From Patescibacteria group bacterium (lineage in GTDB: Bacteria > Patescibacteriota > Patescibacteriia > UM-FILTER-42-10): a stretch of 64,000 nt of DNA. Where the stretch lies: the NCBI GenBank assembly GCA_041664365.1, contig JBAYKW010000001.1:308465-372464 (forward strand). Direction: 5' to 3'. Positions 29,750 to 39,430 of this stretch are shown here, one piece after another. The position numbers and the translations under genes were made by a program. Positions within the stretch are counted from its first letter, which is position 1, and each line of letters starts with the position of its first letter. The notes under the pieces were generated by a model. The model saw only the letters and a list, made by a program, of their open reading frames with translations. It searched no databases and was not told the origin of the DNA.

Positions 29750-31021
29750 ATGAATGACCCAATAATTGAAGTAAATAATCTATCAAAGAAATATATCATA
29801 TCTCGTAATCTCCCTTACGAAACTTTACGCGATACTGTTACGGATTTAGCTAAAAAGCCATTTCGATTATTGCGAGGACAAAAGAAAACTAAAAAAGAAG
29901 AATTTTGGGCACTCAAGGATGTAAATTTTTCCATAAATCAAGGAGAGCGAATTGGTATTATTGGCAGAAATGGTGCAGGTAAAAGCACCTTATTAAAAAT
30001 TCTTTCACAGATTACTCATCCTACAAGCGGTGAAATAAAGTTGCGTGGTAAAGTAGCAAGTTTATTAGAGGTTGGCACAGGTTTTCATCCGGAACTCACC
30101 GGGAGAGAAAATATTTTTTTGAACGGGGCAATCTTAGGTATGAAGCAATCGGAAATAAGGAAAAAATTTGATGAAATTGTAGCATTTGCAGAAATTGAAA
30201 AATTTATAGATACCCCTGTAAAACGCTATTCGAGCGGGATGTATGTCCGTTTAGCATTTGCAGTTGCGGCTCATCTTGAACCCGATATTTTAATTGTTGA
30301 TGAAGTTTTAGCAGTCGGAGATTCCCAGTTTCAAAAAAAATGTATCGGTAAAATGGAAGAAGTAGGTCGAGGAGGACGAACAGTAATTTTTGTAAGTCAT
30401 AACATGGATGCTATTACACGTTTATGTAATACTGTTATTTATTTAGTCGATGGCAAAATCAAATATTTTGGCCCGACTGAACAAGCAATTGCCACATATT
30501 TCAAATCAGATTCGGGAAATACTTCAAGACGCACGTGGTCTGATATAAACAAGGCACCTAGTGACAATTTTGTACGTCTTTTAAGTGTAAGTGTGCATAC
30601 CGAAAACAACAAAATTTCCGAAAGTTTTGATATTAGAAATAAAATTGGGATTTCAATGGATTATGAAGTTTTAGAAGAAGGTTGTATTTTTACGGAAGGT
30701 TGTAATTTATTTAATGCGCAGGGGGTTAATATATTTGATTCTCACGACGTAACATCTGATTTGAGGATATTGCCACGCCACAGGGGTTACTATTCTTCAA
30801 CCATGTGGATACCTGGCAACTTTCTTTCTGAGGGAATGCACACGGTTGGTGTTGCAATATTAAAACACGATCCCTTCACCGTACACATACAAGAAACAAA
30901 CGCAGTCGCTTTTAATGTTATTGACGATATCGAAGGTGGTTCGGCAAGAGGAAATTATGGTGGCAGTTTTCCGGGGGCAGTTAGACCACTTCTGCAATGG
31001 AACACTGTCAGAATTAAGTAG
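29750..31021 (+). CDS. wzt: Polysaccharide ABC transporter ATP-binding protein with C-terminal substrate-recognition extension
   Basis: Walker A (GRNGAGKST), the signature YSSGM and Walker B (LIVDE) are followed by a non-NBD C-terminal domain of about 170 aa. Confidence 0.85.
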   Translation: MNDPIIEVNNLSKKYIISRNLPYETLRDTVTDLAKKPFRLLRGQKKTKKEEFWALKDVNFSINQGERIGIIGRNGAGKSTLLKILSQITHPTSGEIKLRGKVASLLEVGTGFHPELTGRENIFLNGAILGMKQSEIRKKFDEIVAFAEIEKFIDTPVKRYSSGMYVRLAFAVAAHLEPDILIVDEVLAVGDSQFQKKCIGKMEEVGRGGRTVIFVSHNMDAITRLCNTVIYLVDGKIKYFGPTEQAIATYFKSDSGNTSRRTWSDINKAPSDNFVRLLSVSVHTENNKISESFDIRNKIGISMDYEVLEEGCIFTEGCNLFNAQGVNIFDSHDVTSDLRILPRHRGYYSSTMWIPGNFLSEGMHTVGVAILKHDPFTVHIQETNAVAFNVIDDIEGGSARGNYGGSFPGAVRPLLQWNTVRIK

Positions 31022-31181
31022 GTTAATTAGATGCGAATAAAATCTGGGAGACTGATAGTAATAAATATTATTTAGTTGACATTCACCGATCTGAATATCT
31101 TAGGGTTCTGTATATTTATGGATGCTGGCTTGAGTAATTAGTTTCAATCGTAAAATTATATTAACATTATTTATCTTTCAT

Positions 31182-31814
31182 ATGAAGTTTGTAAATAAAA
31201 ATAGCGAGGAAGTAAAATTCGATACCAATTCAATTTGTGCAGGTCATCATAATATTACTTATCGAGGTGTTAAAGCAATTCGTTGCCCTTTTGACTATGT
31301 TTTATATCAGATGATTTTACATGAAATAAAACCTGATCTTGTTATTGAAATAGGAACCAATATTGGTGGTGGTGCTTTATATATTGCCGATATCTTAGAT
31401 GTCATCGGAAAAGGAATAGTTCATACAATTGACATACAAAAACAATCAGATGATTTATTGCAGGACCACAAAAGAATTCGTCTATTCACCGAAGGATGGG
31501 AAAAATATGATCTAAAAGAAGCTGAAGGGTTTAATACTGTTTTAGTAATTGAAGATGCTTCGCACATTTACGAAGATACTCTGAATTCAATCAAAAAGTT
31601 TGCGCCACTTGTATCCCAAAATTCATATCTGATTGTTGAAGATGGGATTGTTAATGAGTTGGGAATGTCAAAAGAATATCATGGCGGTCCATTGAAAGCT
31701 ATAAATGAATTTATGAAAAGTAACGATAATTTTGTTATTGATCGTAAATGGTGTGATTTCTTCGGAAAAAATGCCACCTTTAATGTTAACGGCTATTTAA
31801 AAAAGATAAAATAA
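31182..31814 (+). CDS. CmcI/cephalosporin-hydroxylase-family SAM-dependent O-methyltransferase
   Basis: CPFDYVLYQMILHEIKPDLVIEIGTNIGGGALYIA is the CmcI-type signature. Confidence 0.6.
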   Translation: MKFVNKNSEEVKFDTNSICAGHHNITYRGVKAIRCPFDYVLYQMILHEIKPDLVIEIGTNIGGGALYIADILDVIGKGIVHTIDIQKQSDDLLQDHKRIRLFTEGWEKYDLKEAEGFNTVLVIEDASHIYEDTLNSIKKFAPLVSQNSYLIVEDGIVNELGMSKEYHGGPLKAINEFMKSNDNFVIDRKWCDFFGKNATFNVNGYLKKIK

Positions 31815-31820
31815 TCTATT

Positions 31821-32522
31821 ATGCTTATTAAAAACATTCTTAGAAAAATATATTTCAAATTTTTCAATAAACCTGCCGCAAGCGGAGAACTTGAAGGAAA
31901 TGGTGAAAGAGTTGATATTAAATACCAAAAAGATGCTCAATTTGATAAATTTGATTTATATCAAAAATCTCATTATCGTCGTTATGAATTTGCCAGAGAT
32001 TACATAACTACGGGTTCTGTCTGTGGTGATTTTGCATGCGGGACGGGCTATGGTTCGATGATGCTTGCTGAAAAATCCCAAAAAGTAATTGGAGTTGATT
32101 TGAATTCAGAGGTAATTGAAAAAATAAAAGAAAGATATGCAAACGTAAAAAATGTTGAATTTATCAATTCGAATCTTTTAGACCTTAAATACTCACTTGA
32201 ATTTGACTCGATTATTTCATTTGAGACTATTGAACATTTGATGGAAGATGATATTGTCAAACTTCTAAATATTTACCATAAGGCATTGAAACTTGGCGGT
32301 AAATTAATTTTCTCAACACCTTACATGCAAGAAAGAAGCGAAAACGCAATAAAACTTGGCTTCCATCAAACCTTCTATATTAATGAAGAAAAAATTATGC
32401 AATGGCTGAAAGCAACCGGTTTTACTATAGAATGTTTCAAGTATCAAAATTATCAAACACACTTAATTCAAGAAACTCTTGGCCATAAAGATTTTATCAT
32501 TAGTGTCGCCAAGAAAAATTAA
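31821..32522 (+). CDS. Class I SAM-dependent methyltransferase
   Basis: VCGDFACGTGYG motif I. Confidence 0.65.
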   Translation: MLIKNILRKIYFKFFNKPAASGELEGNGERVDIKYQKDAQFDKFDLYQKSHYRRYEFARDYITTGSVCGDFACGTGYGSMMLAEKSQKVIGVDLNSEVIEKIKERYANVKNVEFINSNLLDLKYSLEFDSIISFETIEHLMEDDIVKLLNIYHKALKLGGKLIFSTPYMQERSENAIKLGFHQTFYINEEKIMQWLKATGFTIECFKYQNYQTHLIQETLGHKDFIISVAKKN

Positions 32523-32523
32523 T

Positions 32524-33459
32524 ATGTCATTACCAAAAGTCTCAATTTGCATTCCTGCTTACAAACAGATAAAGTTTTTACGAAAAAATCTTGAGTCAAT
32601 AAAATCGCAAACCTATCAGGATTATGAAATTATATTAACGGATGATTCACCGAATAATGACGTTAAGAATTTAGTGGAATTATTTGATTTTCAAGGTAAG
32701 TTGAGATATTATAAAAATTTAAAAACTTTAGGATCACCGGAAAATTGGAATGAAGCAATCCGGTATGCCACCGGAGAATACATTAAAATACTGCACCATG
32801 ATGATTGGTTTAAAAATAAAAACAGTTTATCAGAATTTGTAAAGATGCTGGATGAAAATCCAAATGCTGATTTTGCATTTTGCCCTTCCTTTGTTCAATA
32901 TGCTAAAGACGGCCGAACTAGGATACATGATATTTCATTTGAACAGCGTATCTCATTAAAAACAGAGCCAACTTCCCTTTTTTATGGAAATATCATCGGC
33001 TCACCAAGTGCTACGATACATCGCCGTAAAGTAAATATACTATTCGATAAGAATTTAAAATGGACTGTTGATTTTGATTTCTATATCAGCATTCTTAATA
33101 AGAACAGTCATTTTGCTTTCAATCCACAACCGTTAATTGTAAACATTACCGAAGCAGAGCACAATGTCACTAATGATTGTATATATAATAAGCAAGCTGA
33201 TATTTTTGAATACTTTTATGTTTATAACAAAATCCGAAATGTCATCCCTACAACACGGAAGAAAAAGTATGTAGCAATGTTGAGTGACATAGTAGCTCAC
33301 TACCGAGTAAAATCCATAAAAGAGATTCGGGATTGTGGCTATCAGAATGACGTGCCAAGATTTGTTAGCTTTCTAATTTTTTTAAACAACTTTCTACCGA
33401 CTACTGTTATTAAATATTGCATTGCAAAATACGATCGTAGTCACAAGGCAGTTATGTAA
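32524..33459 (+). CDS. Glycosyltransferase family 2
   Basis: VSICIPAYKQIKFLRKNLESIKSQ...ILTDDSPND. I place the start at the ATG at 32524, immediately after the upstream stop; the ORF track's 32479 start would overlap the previous gene. Confidence 0.7.
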   Translation: MSLPKVSICIPAYKQIKFLRKNLESIKSQTYQDYEIILTDDSPNNDVKNLVELFDFQGKLRYYKNLKTLGSPENWNEAIRYATGEYIKILHHDDWFKNKNSLSEFVKMLDENPNADFAFCPSFVQYAKDGRTRIHDISFEQRISLKTEPTSLFYGNIIGSPSATIHRRKVNILFDKNLKWTVDFDFYISILNKNSHFAFNPQPLIVNITEAEHNVTNDCIYNKQADIFEYFYVYNKIRNVIPTTRKKKYVAMLSDIVAHYRVKSIKEIRDCGYQNDVPRFVSFLIFLNNFLPTTVIKYCIAKYDRSHKAVM

Positions 33460-33530
33460 GTAAATTAATTTATTATCTGAGTAACATATTATTAGCACAA
33501 ATATGTTTCTAATAAATTGCATATGAACAA

Positions 33531-35507
33531 ATGATCATCCATAATTCTGTTCAAAATAAATCATTTATCGACGTTATTATACCTGTATACAACGGGCAGG
33601 ATTTTATCATTCAGGCAATTCAATCAGTTGAAAAGCAAACTTACCCGCCTAATAAAATTATTATTATTGATGACGGTTCAACAGACGACACGGCCAATTT
33701 CATTAATAGTCATCGAGGAATAATTCCTATTCAATATATTAAAAAAGAACATGGCGGTCTTAGTTCGGCTCGAAACAAAGGAATCCAGAATTCCACGAAC
33801 GAGTATATTGCTTTTTTAGATGCAGACGATGAGTGGTATCCCAACAAGCTTGAAGAGCAAATAAAACTATTTCATAACAAAACAAACGAAAATCTTGGGG
33901 TTGTGTACTGCCAATACGATATTATAAATGAGGCTGGACATTTAACAGATAAGTACTATATACAGCAAGCTGATCCTCTCCTCCGGGGGGGTATATTTAA
34001 AAAACTTCTTCCATTAAATAAAATAACCGGCAGTGCAAGTGGTGTTTTAGTTAAAAGAGAATGCTTTGATAAGACTAGTTTATTTGATGAAAAAATGACC
34101 GCATATGAAGATTGGGATATGTGGCTTCGTTTGGCAGAATACTACGAATTTGATTTTGTCAATATTAATTTAGTAAAAATTCGTCGGTACAGCAAAAATA
34201 TGCAAAATGATAAATTGCATATGTTTTCTAATGCGCTTACTTTTTACAATAAATGGATATTAATTTTACCAGAAAAAATAAACATTCCACGTATTTGGGC
34301 AGAAATAATTATCGAAAAAGTATTAACAAGATTACCAAGAGTAGATTTTATTAAATTATTAAACAAACATTTATCGAAATCATCCCGAAAAAAATTAATA
34401 AAGCTTGCAATTTGTGATCTTAAAGTGTATCTTTTAAAACAATTTATTTCAATCCCCTATTATATGCTTATAAATATTGCCGGACCAATAAAAAATATTA
34501 CCGTTCGCTTTATATCATCATTATTTAATCGATGCGGTCGATTACCTATATATATTTTCGATAGATTACAAAAATTTGTCTGGCGGTATTTTCCACCCCA
34601 CGTATTAAAAAGCAATCCAGGGAAGGAATCATTTATCTTCACTGAAATATATGGATGCGCCAAAATTGGAAAAATCGCTTTGGATTCTTTTTCTGTTCAT
34701 CATCCTAATACTACCGTTCACATATTTGGAACACCAAATGATTTCAATCAAATAGAAAAACGTACCAATTTTATTTTTCATGATATTAGTGCTGAAAAAT
34801 TAATAATCCATAATTTTAATTATGGTCATTTGGGAACAGCAAGTTTATGGGCAAAAGTTATTTTGGATCGAAAAGAAAAATATATCATTCATTTTGACAG
34901 TGACGTAATTTTCCGAGACAGGGTTTTTGATGATATAATCAAAAAATTAATAGAGGGTTACAGTATTGTCGGCCCAATAAGAAATTATAAACATAACCCA
35001 AATAATCGTGATGATATACGACATTTACCAGATCTCACTCAAACCCTTTGCTTTGGCTTTGATCGCGAAAAAATTACGGGATATAACTATAAAACGTTAA
35101 CAAAAATGTGCCAAGGAGGTTACAACCCGCTTGGCCACCCAGTCATAGATTTTTTTGATCCTGTTATGTTTGATATATTGCATAATAGAGGAACTGTCTA
35201 TCATCTAAATCAAGATGAATTTGGGGGATGTGATTTCTATGGAAAACGAGTAAATAAATATCCTGCAATTAACGCTTTAATAGATTTTGGCAATCGGTTA
35301 GCACATTTTGCTGCAGTAGGATCAGGGATGTATTATTTTAACAATAAAGATAAAATATTAGACAATATACCAAAATCATATGTTAATTTCGCGATTGAGA
35401 AATACGCAATATTTTGTAAAATATTCTATAATGAAGATCTAAATATTACTTACGATAAAGACAAATATCAACCGCTATTATCGATTAAGGACTGGTATAA
35501 TAAATAA
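33531..35507 (+). CDS. Two-domain glycosyltransferase: N-terminal GT2 plus a C-terminal ~350 aa domain of unknown family
   Basis: IDVIIPVYNGQDFIIQAIQSVEKQ...IIIDDGSTDDT in the N-terminal part; 658 aa in total. Confidence 0.65.
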   Translation: MIIHNSVQNKSFIDVIIPVYNGQDFIIQAIQSVEKQTYPPNKIIIIDDGSTDDTANFINSHRGIIPIQYIKKEHGGLSSARNKGIQNSTNEYIAFLDADDEWYPNKLEEQIKLFHNKTNENLGVVYCQYDIINEAGHLTDKYYIQQADPLLRGGIFKKLLPLNKITGSASGVLVKRECFDKTSLFDEKMTAYEDWDMWLRLAEYYEFDFVNINLVKIRRYSKNMQNDKLHMFSNALTFYNKWILILPEKINIPRIWAEIIIEKVLTRLPRVDFIKLLNKHLSKSSRKKLIKLAICDLKVYLLKQFISIPYYMLINIAGPIKNITVRFISSLFNRCGRLPIYIFDRLQKFVWRYFPPHVLKSNPGKESFIFTEIYGCAKIGKIALDSFSVHHPNTTVHIFGTPNDFNQIEKRTNFIFHDISAEKLIIHNFNYGHLGTASLWAKVILDRKEKYIIHFDSDVIFRDRVFDDIIKKLIEGYSIVGPIRNYKHNPNNRDDIRHLPDLTQTLCFGFDREKITGYNYKTLTKMCQGGYNPLGHPVIDFFDPVMFDILHNRGTVYHLNQDEFGGCDFYGKRVNKYPAINALIDFGNRLAHFAAVGSGMYYFNNKDKILDNIPKSYVNFAIEKYAIFCKIFYNEDLNITYDKDKYQPLLSIKDWYNK

Positions 35508-35531
35508 GCAAACAATGATAAACCAGTATAA

Positions 35532-36527
35532 ATGAAAAAATACCTCCTATGCCCCTTTGGTGATTATGACTTAAACAATAAGGTTTTTGAAAGTCCTTAT
35601 GGAATTTTGCGTGATTTGCTTTTACAAAAAGATATTTCTCTAGATACTTATGATTTGGGAAATATTGAGACTGCCGATGCAATTCTCTTTTTCAATCATC
35701 ATGAAGAATTACTGAGAAAGTGTGAAGCGAGTGGCGTGAAGAAAGAACGACTGATACTCTTTCTCTTTGAGCCTGAAGTTGTTATACCAAAACAATATAG
35801 TAAAATAATATTGAATCGTTATGGAAAGATATTTACTTATCGAGATGATTTAATAGATAATCATTTGTTTTTTAAACTGCGATACCCTCAAGGCCAACAA
35901 TTGCTACCAACTCTTACGACTTTTGCTGAACGTAAATTTCTCACATTCATGAACGCAAACAAATATAGCTATGTAGATAATGAGATTTATTCCTTTCGAA
36001 GGCAAGCTATCCGCTACTTTGATAACATTAACTTTCAGTTTGATATTTACGGACCGGGATGGAATGACAATAGTATATTCAACTGGCGTTATCTGGTGAC
36101 AGCAATAAAAGCAGCCAAGGTAGGACAATACTTAAAAGATGCGTATGACGGATTGCATCACTACCAGAGTTACCGAGGTACAGTAGATGATAAATATTCT
36201 ACTTTAGCACAATATAAATTTGTCTTATGTTTTGAAAATGAAAAAAATGTTGAGGGCTGGATTTCTGAAAAAATATTTGATTGTTTATTTACTGGTGCTA
36301 TCCCCATTTATTTAGGTGCCAGCAATATAGAAAAATATGTCCCCTCTGAATGTTTCATTGATATGCGCCAATTTAAAAGCTTTTCCGATCTTAACGACAA
36401 TCTTTCCAAAATTGACGAACCTCAATTTTTAAAATATCAAAATGCTGGACAAGATTTTATTCGAAGTTCTGTATTTGAGCAGTGGCAACCAAAAGGCGTA
36501 TTTGAAGAAATCATAAAAGCTCTATGA
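35532..36527 (+). CDS. GT10-family alpha-1,3-fucosyltransferase homologue (second copy)
   Basis: YKFVLCFENEKNVEGWISEKIFDCLFTGAIPIYLGASN matches the alpha-1,3-FucT motif. Confidence 0.65.
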   Translation: MKKYLLCPFGDYDLNNKVFESPYGILRDLLLQKDISLDTYDLGNIETADAILFFNHHEELLRKCEASGVKKERLILFLFEPEVVIPKQYSKIILNRYGKIFTYRDDLIDNHLFFKLRYPQGQQLLPTLTTFAERKFLTFMNANKYSYVDNEIYSFRRQAIRYFDNINFQFDIYGPGWNDNSIFNWRYLVTAIKAAKVGQYLKDAYDGLHHYQSYRGTVDDKYSTLAQYKFVLCFENEKNVEGWISEKIFDCLFTGAIPIYLGASNIEKYVPSECFIDMRQFKSFSDLNDNLSKIDEPQFLKYQNAGQDFIRSSVFEQWQPKGVFEEIIKAL

Positions 36528-37453
36528 TTAATCCACCCATTATTAGCGTAATTCTACCAGTTTACAATGGCGAAAAATATCTACGTGAATCCATTGAAAG
36601 TATTCGCAACCAAACTTTTACAGCTTGGGAACTAATTATTGTGAATGACGGATCGAGCGACAAAAGTGCCATAATTGCTCAGGCAATGTCTTCAGATGAT
36701 CCCCGTATTAAATATTTTGAACATAGTCAAAACAAAGGACTTCCCAACACTCTAAACACCGGATTACAAAAAGTAAGTGGAAAATATATTGCACGCATGG
36801 ACCAAGATGATATTTCTCTTCCAGATCGTTTTGAAAGACAGTATCACTTTCTTGAGCAAAACCCGGATATTTTTCTCGTTGGTGGCGGATATGCACCTTT
36901 TAATAATCAAGGACATCGAATTGATATTTTTCATCCAGAATCTAGTTTGGAAATTGCCTGGAAGTTTATTACCAATACATATTTTTGTCATCCATCGGTT
37001 ATGTTTCGAAAAGAAATTATCAACAAAATAGGTGAATATCCAAATACCGGCGCAGAAGATTTTGCCTTTTTCTCTAAAATAGTACACAAATATAAATGTA
37101 CAAACCTAAAAAGAATTGTAATCCAATATCGTGAACACCCTGAAAATCTGTCACACCAAACAAAGGACAAAATCCTAGCAAGCGTAAAGGAAACCTTTCA
37201 TGAAAACTTTATTTTTTATACGAATTGTTTATGCAACGCGGATATTTTCTACCGCTACCAGTCAGAAAATAAGCTTACAATTAAAAATCTACTGAAAATT
37301 AATCGTATCAACCACATCATAATTAAGAAAATACAAAAGCAATACCAGTTACCATATTTCAGTAAAGAATATTTTATGCTTGTTTTGTTAATTCAAATTA
37401 AAAATATTCGATCTTTAATTAATAACTTGCTTACTTATAGGAATATTGACTAA
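36524..37453 (+). CDS. Glycosyltransferase family 2
   Basis: ISVILPVYNGEKYLRESIESIRNQ...ARMDQDDISLPDRFERQ. Confidence 0.75.
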   Translation: MINPPIISVILPVYNGEKYLRESIESIRNQTFTAWELIIVNDGSSDKSAIIAQAMSSDDPRIKYFEHSQNKGLPNTLNTGLQKVSGKYIARMDQDDISLPDRFERQYHFLEQNPDIFLVGGGYAPFNNQGHRIDIFHPESSLEIAWKFITNTYFCHPSVMFRKEIINKIGEYPNTGAEDFAFFSKIVHKYKCTNLKRIVIQYREHPENLSHQTKDKILASVKETFHENFIFYTNCLCNADIFYRYQSENKLTIKNLLKINRINHIIIKKIQKQYQLPYFSKEYFMLVLLIQIKNIRSLINNLLTYRNID

Positions 37454-37468
37454 TTTTTCAAATTATTT

Positions 37469-38344
37469 ATGATTATTACCAAAATTATCGGCGGATTAGG
37501 TAACCAGATGTTTCAATATGCATTAGGTTTTTCTTTAGCCAAAAAGAATAACTCAATTTGTAAATTGGATTTTAGCGGATTTTCTAGCTATAAACTTCAT
37601 AAATATTCACTGAATCACCTTAATATCCATTTAGATCAAGCCACTGAATCAGAAATCAACAATTTAAAAAACCCACCAGTTTCAATTAAAACAAAAATTA
37701 AGAACAAATTAGGCTTTTCGGGACGGCAGTTAGATCCTCACCATATTGTTGAAAAAGATTTTAGTTTTGACCAAAATATACTTAATTTAAGGGGAGACTA
37801 CTATCTTGACGGATATTGGCAAAGCGAAAAATATTTTATAGATTATCAAGATTTAATCCGGGATGAATTCAAGGTAAAATCGAATCCTGACATTGTAAAT
37901 AATGAATATATAGATAAAATTGCAAATTGTGATTCGGTTTCAATTCACATACGCCATGGGGATTACCTGACGAATAAGAAAACAAAATCTGTTCATGGAG
38001 TTTTACCGCTTGAATATTATCACAAAGCAATTGATATAATGGAAAAACAATTGCAAAACCCAAATTATTTTGTTTTTTCTGATGACATTGAGTGGGCTAG
38101 AACAAATATTCGTAAAGATATTCCAATATTCTTTTTAGACCATAATAACGCTGAAAATAATTACGAGGATATGAGATTGATGAGCACCTGCAAATGCAAC
38201 ATTATTGCCAACAGCTCATTTAGCTGGTGGGGCGCTTGGTTAAATAATAATCCCGATAAGCTTGTAATAGCACCTCAAAAATGGTTTGGTGAAAATACAA
38301 AAGAAACAAAAGACTTAATTCCAGAAAACTGGGTAAGAATATAA
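37469..38344 (+). CDS. GT11-family alpha-1,2-fucosyltransferase
   Basis: IIGGLGNQMFQYA, HIRHGDY and IIANSSFSWWGAWL are the hallmark GT11 motifs. Confidence 0.85.
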   Translation: MIITKIIGGLGNQMFQYALGFSLAKKNNSICKLDFSGFSSYKLHKYSLNHLNIHLDQATESEINNLKNPPVSIKTKIKNKLGFSGRQLDPHHIVEKDFSFDQNILNLRGDYYLDGYWQSEKYFIDYQDLIRDEFKVKSNPDIVNNEYIDKIANCDSVSIHIRHGDYLTNKKTKSVHGVLPLEYYHKAIDIMEKQLQNPNYFVFSDDIEWARTNIRKDIPIFFLDHNNAENNYEDMRLMSTCKCNIIANSSFSWWGAWLNNNPDKLVIAPQKWFGENTKETKDLIPENWVRI

Positions 38345-38348
38345 CCGA

Positions 38349-39266
38349 ATGAAAAAAACAATACTAATTTTAGGTGGAGAAGGATTTATTGGGAGGAATT
38401 TAATTGATGAGTTAAAAGATAATTGCAACATTATTTCATTTGATTTGGAGAAAAATGCTAAAAGCGATGATAAGATAACATTCTACAAAGGTAATTTCAC
38501 TTTTCAGCAAGATCTTGAAATAATATTTAAAGAAAATAAAATTGATATAGTTATTCATGCATTATCAACTACCATCCCCTCAAATTCTAATGCAAACATA
38601 ATATATGATATAAATTCTAATTTGGTAGCAACAATTGAACTGCTTGATCTGATGCGTAAATATTCAACTCCAAAAATTATCTTTATTTCTTCCGGCGGTA
38701 CTGTGTATGGATTATTAGATCATGAGCAAAGTGTTGTAACTGAAAATCAAGCGACAAATCCAATATGTTCATATGGAATTGTCAAACTTTCAATTGAGAA
38801 ATATATATATCTGTATAACTATTTATACGGGATAAATTACCTGGTTCTAAGATTTGCCAATCCCTACGGTAGATACCATAAATCCGATAAACAGGGATTG
38901 ATTAATGTAATTTTAAATAAAATCATTAACCATGAAACTGTAACTATTTGGGGAGATGGAAGCACTGTCAGAGATTACGTTTATATCAATGATTGCTCTT
39001 CTATAGTTAGGAATTTAATTGAGAAAAATATTTCAAACGAAACAATAAATATAGGTTCCGGGGTTGGATACTCCATTAACGATATTTTGAAAATTATTGA
39101 AAAGCAGATTGGCAATTTTAAAACTAATAGGCTGGAAACGCGCGATTTTGATGTGCCCAGCTTTATATTGGATAATAGTAAACTCCAATCAATAATTAAT
39201 CATACATTTACTAATATCGAGGAAGGGGTAAATAATACTTATAACTGGCTAAAAAACAATGAATAA
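38349..39266 (+). CDS. NAD-dependent epimerase/dehydratase (GalE-like SDR)
   Basis: ILGGEGFIGRNL Rossmann motif and a YG..K region. Confidence 0.7.
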   Translation: MKKTILILGGEGFIGRNLIDELKDNCNIISFDLEKNAKSDDKITFYKGNFTFQQDLEIIFKENKIDIVIHALSTTIPSNSNANIIYDINSNLVATIELLDLMRKYSTPKIIFISSGGTVYGLLDHEQSVVTENQATNPICSYGIVKLSIEKYIYLYNYLYGINYLVLRFANPYGRYHKSDKQGLINVILNKIINHETVTIWGDGSTVRDYVYINDCSSIVRNLIEKNISNETINIGSGVGYSINDILKIIEKQIGNFKTNRLETRDFDVPSFILDNSKLQSIINHTFTNIEEGVNNTYNWLKNNE

Positions 39267-39430
39267 GACACGAATTACTGTATTACAGCCGGAATACAGT
39301 GGTGAAAATGATATTAAGGAAGCAAGCAATGAAAAGCGTACTAAGTCAGACGTTCATTGATTCACAGATTGATTTATGTCAAATAAAATAAAGATCATCA
39401 AAAGATAATATAATTTCATTTTTTAATATT

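Noticed and set aside
32479-32523. ORF-track start at 32479 for the GT2 gene
   Set aside because: It would overlap the preceding methyltransferase by 44 nt in another frame. An ATG at 32524 directly after the upstream stop gives a standard GT2 N-terminus (MSLPKVSICIP).
39276-39306. 8-bp perfect hairpin (actgtatt / aatacagt) right after the SDR gene stop
   Set aside because: It has no T-tract downstream and the stem is short. It could be a weak attenuator but is not convincing as a terminator.
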